Shown: positions 60,362 through 64,000 of the stretch, piece after piece
How the letters are laid out: each line of letters opens with the position of its first letter
Numbering within the stretch: position 1 is the first letter of the stretch
DNA from: an uncultured Pelagibacteraceae bacterium
GTDB lineage: Bacteria; Pseudomonadota; Alphaproteobacteria; Pelagibacterales; Pelagibacteraceae
DNA length: 64,000 nucleotides
Assembly: GCA_902582735.1 (NCBI GenBank)
Contig: CACHTB010000001.1
Span: forward strand, 640-64,639
Direction: 5' to 3'
Program-made: the position numbers and the translations under genes
Notes under the pieces: generated by a model
Databases searched by the model: none
Told to the model about the DNA's origin: nothing
What the model saw: the letters and a program-made list of their open reading frames with translations, nothing else

Positions 60362-61192
60362 TTACTTTTTACCTTTTAGATTAATTCTAATATCTGATAG
60401 ATCGACCAATTTTCTTTTATAATCACTTCTTACAAATCCCTTACTTGTTATATCTTTAACTAGCTTTAAGAATTGATTATGATCTTCAGAGTTTTCATTA
60501 TTTAAATCATCTATTTTTTCTGATCCTCCAATAGTCGGAGTGTGTGCAAGATCTTCCCTGTTAAGATAAGATATTGCCAATTCTCTGAATATGTAATCTA
60601 AAATTGAACTCGCACTTAAAATTCTATCATTTCCATGAACTTTTCCTGATGGTTCAAATTTTGTTCCTACATAAGCATTTACAAACTCATCGAGAGGAAC
60701 CCCGTACTGCAGACCCAAAGAAATTGCTATTGCAAAGTTATTCATTAGAGCTTTTACTAACTCACCTTCTTTGCTTGTATCAATAAATATTTCACCTATT
60801 TTTCCATCCTCATATTCGCCAGTATGAAGATATACTTTATGATCACCTATTGTAGCCTTTTGAATATATCCTTTTCTTCTGTCTGGCATACTAAATCTTT
60901 TTCCAAGTCTTTCATTTAAATTCCTTTTAAAGTTTTCATCTATTTTATTATCTATTTTTGGAGCATTCTGTGAAATCGGAGTACTAATTGATTTTTCAAT
61001 AATATTTACTTTATTATTGTCTATTTTTTCTAAATTTTTTGTTTTTCTATTATCAAGTTTAACGTCCAGTATCTCAAATTTTCCTTCATCATTTTTTTCT
61101 AAATTTTGTAAGTTTTTCTCATTAACATTATCTAAATAGTGACTTACTTTAAAACTACATGTGTAATATGTCTCAACTAAATATTTTGCCAT
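60362..61192 (-). CDS. Stand-alone C-terminal (TSCPD-like) domain of class II ribonucleotide reductase NrdJ
   Basis: [28 protein letters not shown]...[10 protein letters not shown]...FEPSG...[11 protein letters not shown]; no catalytic barrel. Confidence 0.8.
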   Translation of the reverse strand: MAKYLVETYYTCSFKVSHYLDNVNEKNLQNLEKNDEGKFEILDVKLDNRKTKNLEKIDNNKVNIIEKSISTPISQNAPKIDNKIDENFKRNLNERLGKRFSMPDRRKGYIQKATIGDHKVYLHTGEYEDGKIGEIFIDTSKEGELVKALMNNFAIAISLGLQYGVPLDEFVNAYVGTKFEPSGKVHGNDRILSASSILDYIFRELAISYLNREDLAHTPTIGGSEKIDDLNNENSEDHNQFLKLVKDITSKGFVRSDYKRKLVDLSDIRINLKGKK

Positions 61193-61299
61193 TAAATTTC
61201 CTTATTAAAATTGAATCGTCAGAAATTATGTATATACAAATTAATGTTATAGTCTAATTTAATTTTTACAATTTAAAATTGAAAATAATTGATTTTTTT

Positions 61300-61659
61300 A
61301 TGTTGACATTTTTTAAAGAAATTTTCACTTGGTGGAATGGTCAGACACTGGGAACCAGACTGCAAACATTTTTTTTTGGAAAGTTGGTTGGTGAGGATGA
61401 ATTAGGGAATAAATATTATCAAAATAAAAAAGGTAAACGGTGGGTAATATATAATGGTGAGGTTGAAGCATCAAAAATACCAAATGATTGGTACTCTTGG
61501 ATGCATCATACAAATAATAAAATTGAAAATTCACATAATTTAAAAAAATATAAATGGCAAAAAAACCATTTACCAAACCAGACAGGGACAACAAACGCTT
61601 ACAACCCAAAAAATAATAAAAATGCAACTGAAAAAAAATATAAATCTTGGCAAGGTTAG
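61300..61659 (+). CDS. NDUFA12 (complex I 17.2 kDa subunit) family protein
   Basis: GEDELGNKYY, RWVIY, EASKIP..W..WMH, H.PN.TGT. Confidence 0.9.
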   Translation: MLTFFKEIFTWWNGQTLGTRLQTFFFGKLVGEDELGNKYYQNKKGKRWVIYNGEVEASKIPNDWYSWMHHTNNKIENSHNLKKYKWQKNHLPNQTGTTNAYNPKNNKNATEKKYKSWQG

Positions 61660-62029
61660 TTTTGTTATAATTTTTATTTTATTTTTCCAAATAATTTTCT
61701 TAAAGGCAAATACAGAAACTAATATATACGGTGAAAAGTTCGCAGAAATATTAGTTTTAGATAAAGTAAGTTCTAAAACAACAAAGTTAAAGTTAACAAT
61801 TGGAGAAGAGTTATTTTTTCAAAATTTAAATATAAATATTCTAAAATGCCAAAACTCAAAATTTGATGACGATCCTGAAGTAACAGCATTTATGCAAGTT
61901 ATTGATTTGAAAAACAAAGATAAGGATGAGGTTTTTGTTTTCAATGATTGGACATTTGCATCCAGTCCATCAATAAGACCCTTTGACCATCCTGTATACG
62001 ACATATGGTTAAAAAAATGCTATTCCTAA
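61622..62029 (+). CDS. DUF2155 family protein
   Basis: LDKVS, F..WTFASSP...FDHPVYDIWL..C. Confidence 0.85.
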   Translation: MQLKKNINLGKVSFVIIFILFFQIIFLKANTETNIYGEKFAEILVLDKVSSKTTKLKLTIGEELFFQNLNINILKCQNSKFDDDPEVTAFMQVIDLKNKDKDEVFVFNDWTFASSPSIRPFDHPVYDIWLKKCYS

Positions 62030-63363
62030 ATTAATTTTTCTTTATCAAGCCAACTTACATTAAAGTCAGAATTAATAAATTTTTCATGATTTAATAAAGT
62101 TTTATGTAAACCTATTGTAGTGGTTATACCCTCAATTACGAATTCATCGAGAGATCTATTCATTCTTTGTATTGCTTCTGTTCTATTTCTTCCATGGCAA
62201 ATTAATTTACAAACCATGCTGTCATAATAGGGAGTTACCTTATAACCCTGAAAAATTGCACCGTCTACTCTAGTTCTAAAACCAGAAGGCTGGTGACACA
62301 TTCCAATTAATCCAGGTGATGGTTGAAAATTTTTACTTGGGTCTTCAGCATTTATTCTGCATTCAATAGCATGTCCTCTTGGATTAATATCATTTTGACT
62401 TAGTGCTGTTTCACCTGTGTAGGCTATGTTAATTTGTTCTTTGATTATATCTATACCAGTAACCATTTCTGTTACTGGATGCTCAACTTGAACTCTAGTA
62501 TTCATTTCTAAAAAATAGAATTTCCCTTCTTCATAGATGAACTCAACAGTGCCTGCACCTTCGTATTCTATTTGACTTACCATCTTTACGGTTTTGTCAA
62601 ATAAATCTGATCTGATTTTATCCGTTAAAACTGGGCTTGGGGTTTCCTCTATTAATTTTTGATGTCTTCTCTGTACTGAACAATCTCTTTCATGCAAGTG
62701 AACAGTTCTATTTTTTCCTGATAATACTTGAACCTCAATATGTCTTGGGTTTTGAAAAAATTTTTCAATATAAACTTCATCATTTCCAAAAAATTTTTTT
62801 GCCTCTAATTTTGCTGTTAAAAATAAATTCTCAAAATCTTTTTCATTATTTACTATTTTCATGCCTTTTCCACCACCGCCTCCTGCTGCTTTTATTAGAA
62901 CCGGAAAACCTATATTTTCAGATAATTTTTTAGCTTCTTTAATATCTGAAACACCACCTTCTGAACCATCAATAACTGGTAAACCATATTGTTTAGCAAT
63001 TTTTTTTGCTTGAATTTTATCTCCCATTTTACTTATCAAACTTGAAGATGGACCTATGAACTTAATATTATTATCTTCAAGGATTTTAGCAAATTCAGCA
63101 TTTTCAGATAAAAAACCATATCCTGGATGTACGGCTTCAGAATTTGTTAATTCTATTGCAGACATTATTGCTGGAATGTTTAAATAACTATTAGATGGTT
63201 GATGAGGACCAACACAAATACTTTCATCTGCTAATCTAACATGCATACTATCTCGATCAACATCCGAATGAATTGCAACTGTAGATATACCCCATTCTTT
63301 GCATGCCCTGATAACTCTGACTGCAATTTCTCCTCGATTTGCAATCAGAATTTTTTTGAACAT
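62026..63363 (-). CDS. accC: Biotin carboxylase
   Basis: IANRGEIA, HPGYGFLSEN, GGGGKGM, ERDCSVQRRHQK, EMNTR. Confidence 0.97.
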   Translation of the reverse strand: MFKKILIANRGEIAVRVIRACKEWGISTVAIHSDVDRDSMHVRLADESICVGPHQPSNSYLNIPAIMSAIELTNSEAVHPGYGFLSENAEFAKILEDNNIKFIGPSSSLISKMGDKIQAKKIAKQYGLPVIDGSEGGVSDIKEAKKLSENIGFPVLIKAAGGGGGKGMKIVNNEKDFENLFLTAKLEAKKFFGNDEVYIEKFFQNPRHIEVQVLSGKNRTVHLHERDCSVQRRHQKLIEETPSPVLTDKIRSDLFDKTVKMVSQIEYEGAGTVEFIYEEGKFYFLEMNTRVQVEHPVTEMVTGIDIIKEQINIAYTGETALSQNDINPRGHAIECRINAEDPSKNFQPSPGLIGMCHQPSGFRTRVDGAIFQGYKVTPYYDSMVCKLICHGRNRTEAIQRMNRSLDEFVIEGITTTIGLHKTLLNHEKFINSDFNVSWLDKEKLI

Positions 63364-63364
63364 A

Positions 63365-63793
63365 TTAATTTAAAATTGCTATAGTTTGTCCAAACTCAAC
63401 AGGCTGACCATCTTCAACACAAATTTCTTTTATCGTTCCATCCATAGGGCAGGGCACATGGTTCATAGTTTTCATTGCCTCAACAATCATTATTGTATCA
63501 CCCTTTTTAATTTTTCTTCCTTTTTCTGCAAATTTTTTACCTCCTGGTTCAGGTGCTAAGTATGCAGTACCAATAATTGGTGACGTAATCTTTGTTCCAT
63601 TTATTTCAGATGACTTTTTTTCGGATCTTTCTATTTCTTGTTTTGATGTACTTTTTATAACAGGAGTTGAACTTATTGCTTTTGTTTTTGAAACTTTAAC
63701 TTTTAAATCTTTATCAGTATATTCAATTTCTGTGAGATTAAATTCATCCAAATAATCAGTTAACTCTTTAATAATATTTTTATTTATTTTCAT
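63365..63793 (-). CDS. accB: Biotin carboxyl carrier protein
   Basis: EAMKTMN biotinylation motif. Confidence 0.95.
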   Translation of the reverse strand: MKINKNIIKELTDYLDEFNLTEIEYTDKDLKVKVSKTKAISSTPVIKSTSKQEIERSEKKSSEINGTKITSPIIGTAYLAPEPGGKKFAEKGRKIKKGDTIMIVEAMKTMNHVPCPMDGTIKEICVEDGQPVEFGQTIAILN

Positions 63794-64000
63794 TTTCTAA
63801 AAGCTCTTGCATTGAATTTATGGCCGAAATATAGCCATTTATTCCAAGTCCACAAATAATTCCAGTTACAACACCACTTATCATTGACTTATGTCTAAAT
63901 TCCTCTCTTTTATAAATGTTTGATATATGCACCTCGATTTTAGGTTTTTTAAATACATCTAATGCATCTCTTATAGCTACGGATGTATGACTGTAAGCTG
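63780..64000 (-). CDS. aroQ: Type II 3-dehydroquinate dehydratase, 3' part (truncated by window)
   Basis: Manual translation [13 protein letters not shown]...[16 protein letters not shown]; aroQ-accB-accC order. Confidence 0.9.
   Translation of the reverse strand, partial: AYSHTSVAIRDALDVFKKPKIEVHISNIYKREEFRHKSMISGVVTGIICGLGINGYISAINSMQELLENENK

Noticed and set aside
1441-62933. Many short antisense or nested ORFs in the track (e.g. 6598-7035, 41666-42115, 45278-45520, 56199-56519)
   Set aside because: They are shadows of well-supported genes on the opposite strand or in another frame and carry no motifs of their own.

Overview
AT-rich, very compact alphaproteobacterial chromosome segment. 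Gene content and streamlining point to SAR11/Pelagibacterales (inference). 0.6-16.5 kb is a molybdenum-cofactor cluster (moaABCDE, moeA, mobA) with msrPQ, an NAD-linked formate dehydrogenase (alpha, fused gamma/beta, fdhD) and aldB. 16.5-20.8 kb is a DMT transporter-creatinase-amidinotransferase-threonine aldolase operon. 26-64 kb is mostly core genes: yajQ, gshAB, purF, dnaB, rpsF-rpsR-rplI, fabDG-acpP, gmk, rsmA-pdxA-surA-lptDGF, pepA, ndk, purMN, aspS, accBC, aroQ. The standout is 20.8-24.65 kb, where two tandem elements without an integrase (2203 bp carrying a restriction-modification pair; 1324 bp carrying a secreted protein) sit at codon ~20 of a 75-aa gene. Each brings a replacement 5' end of that gene, a conserved 108-bp non-coding arm and its own variant of tandem 9-bp motifs at fixed distances from the junction; a third end may also be present. 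I found no tRNA, rRNA, CRISPR, integrase or transposase. Several single-base excesses in homopolymers, including in essential dnaB, look like sequencing error.
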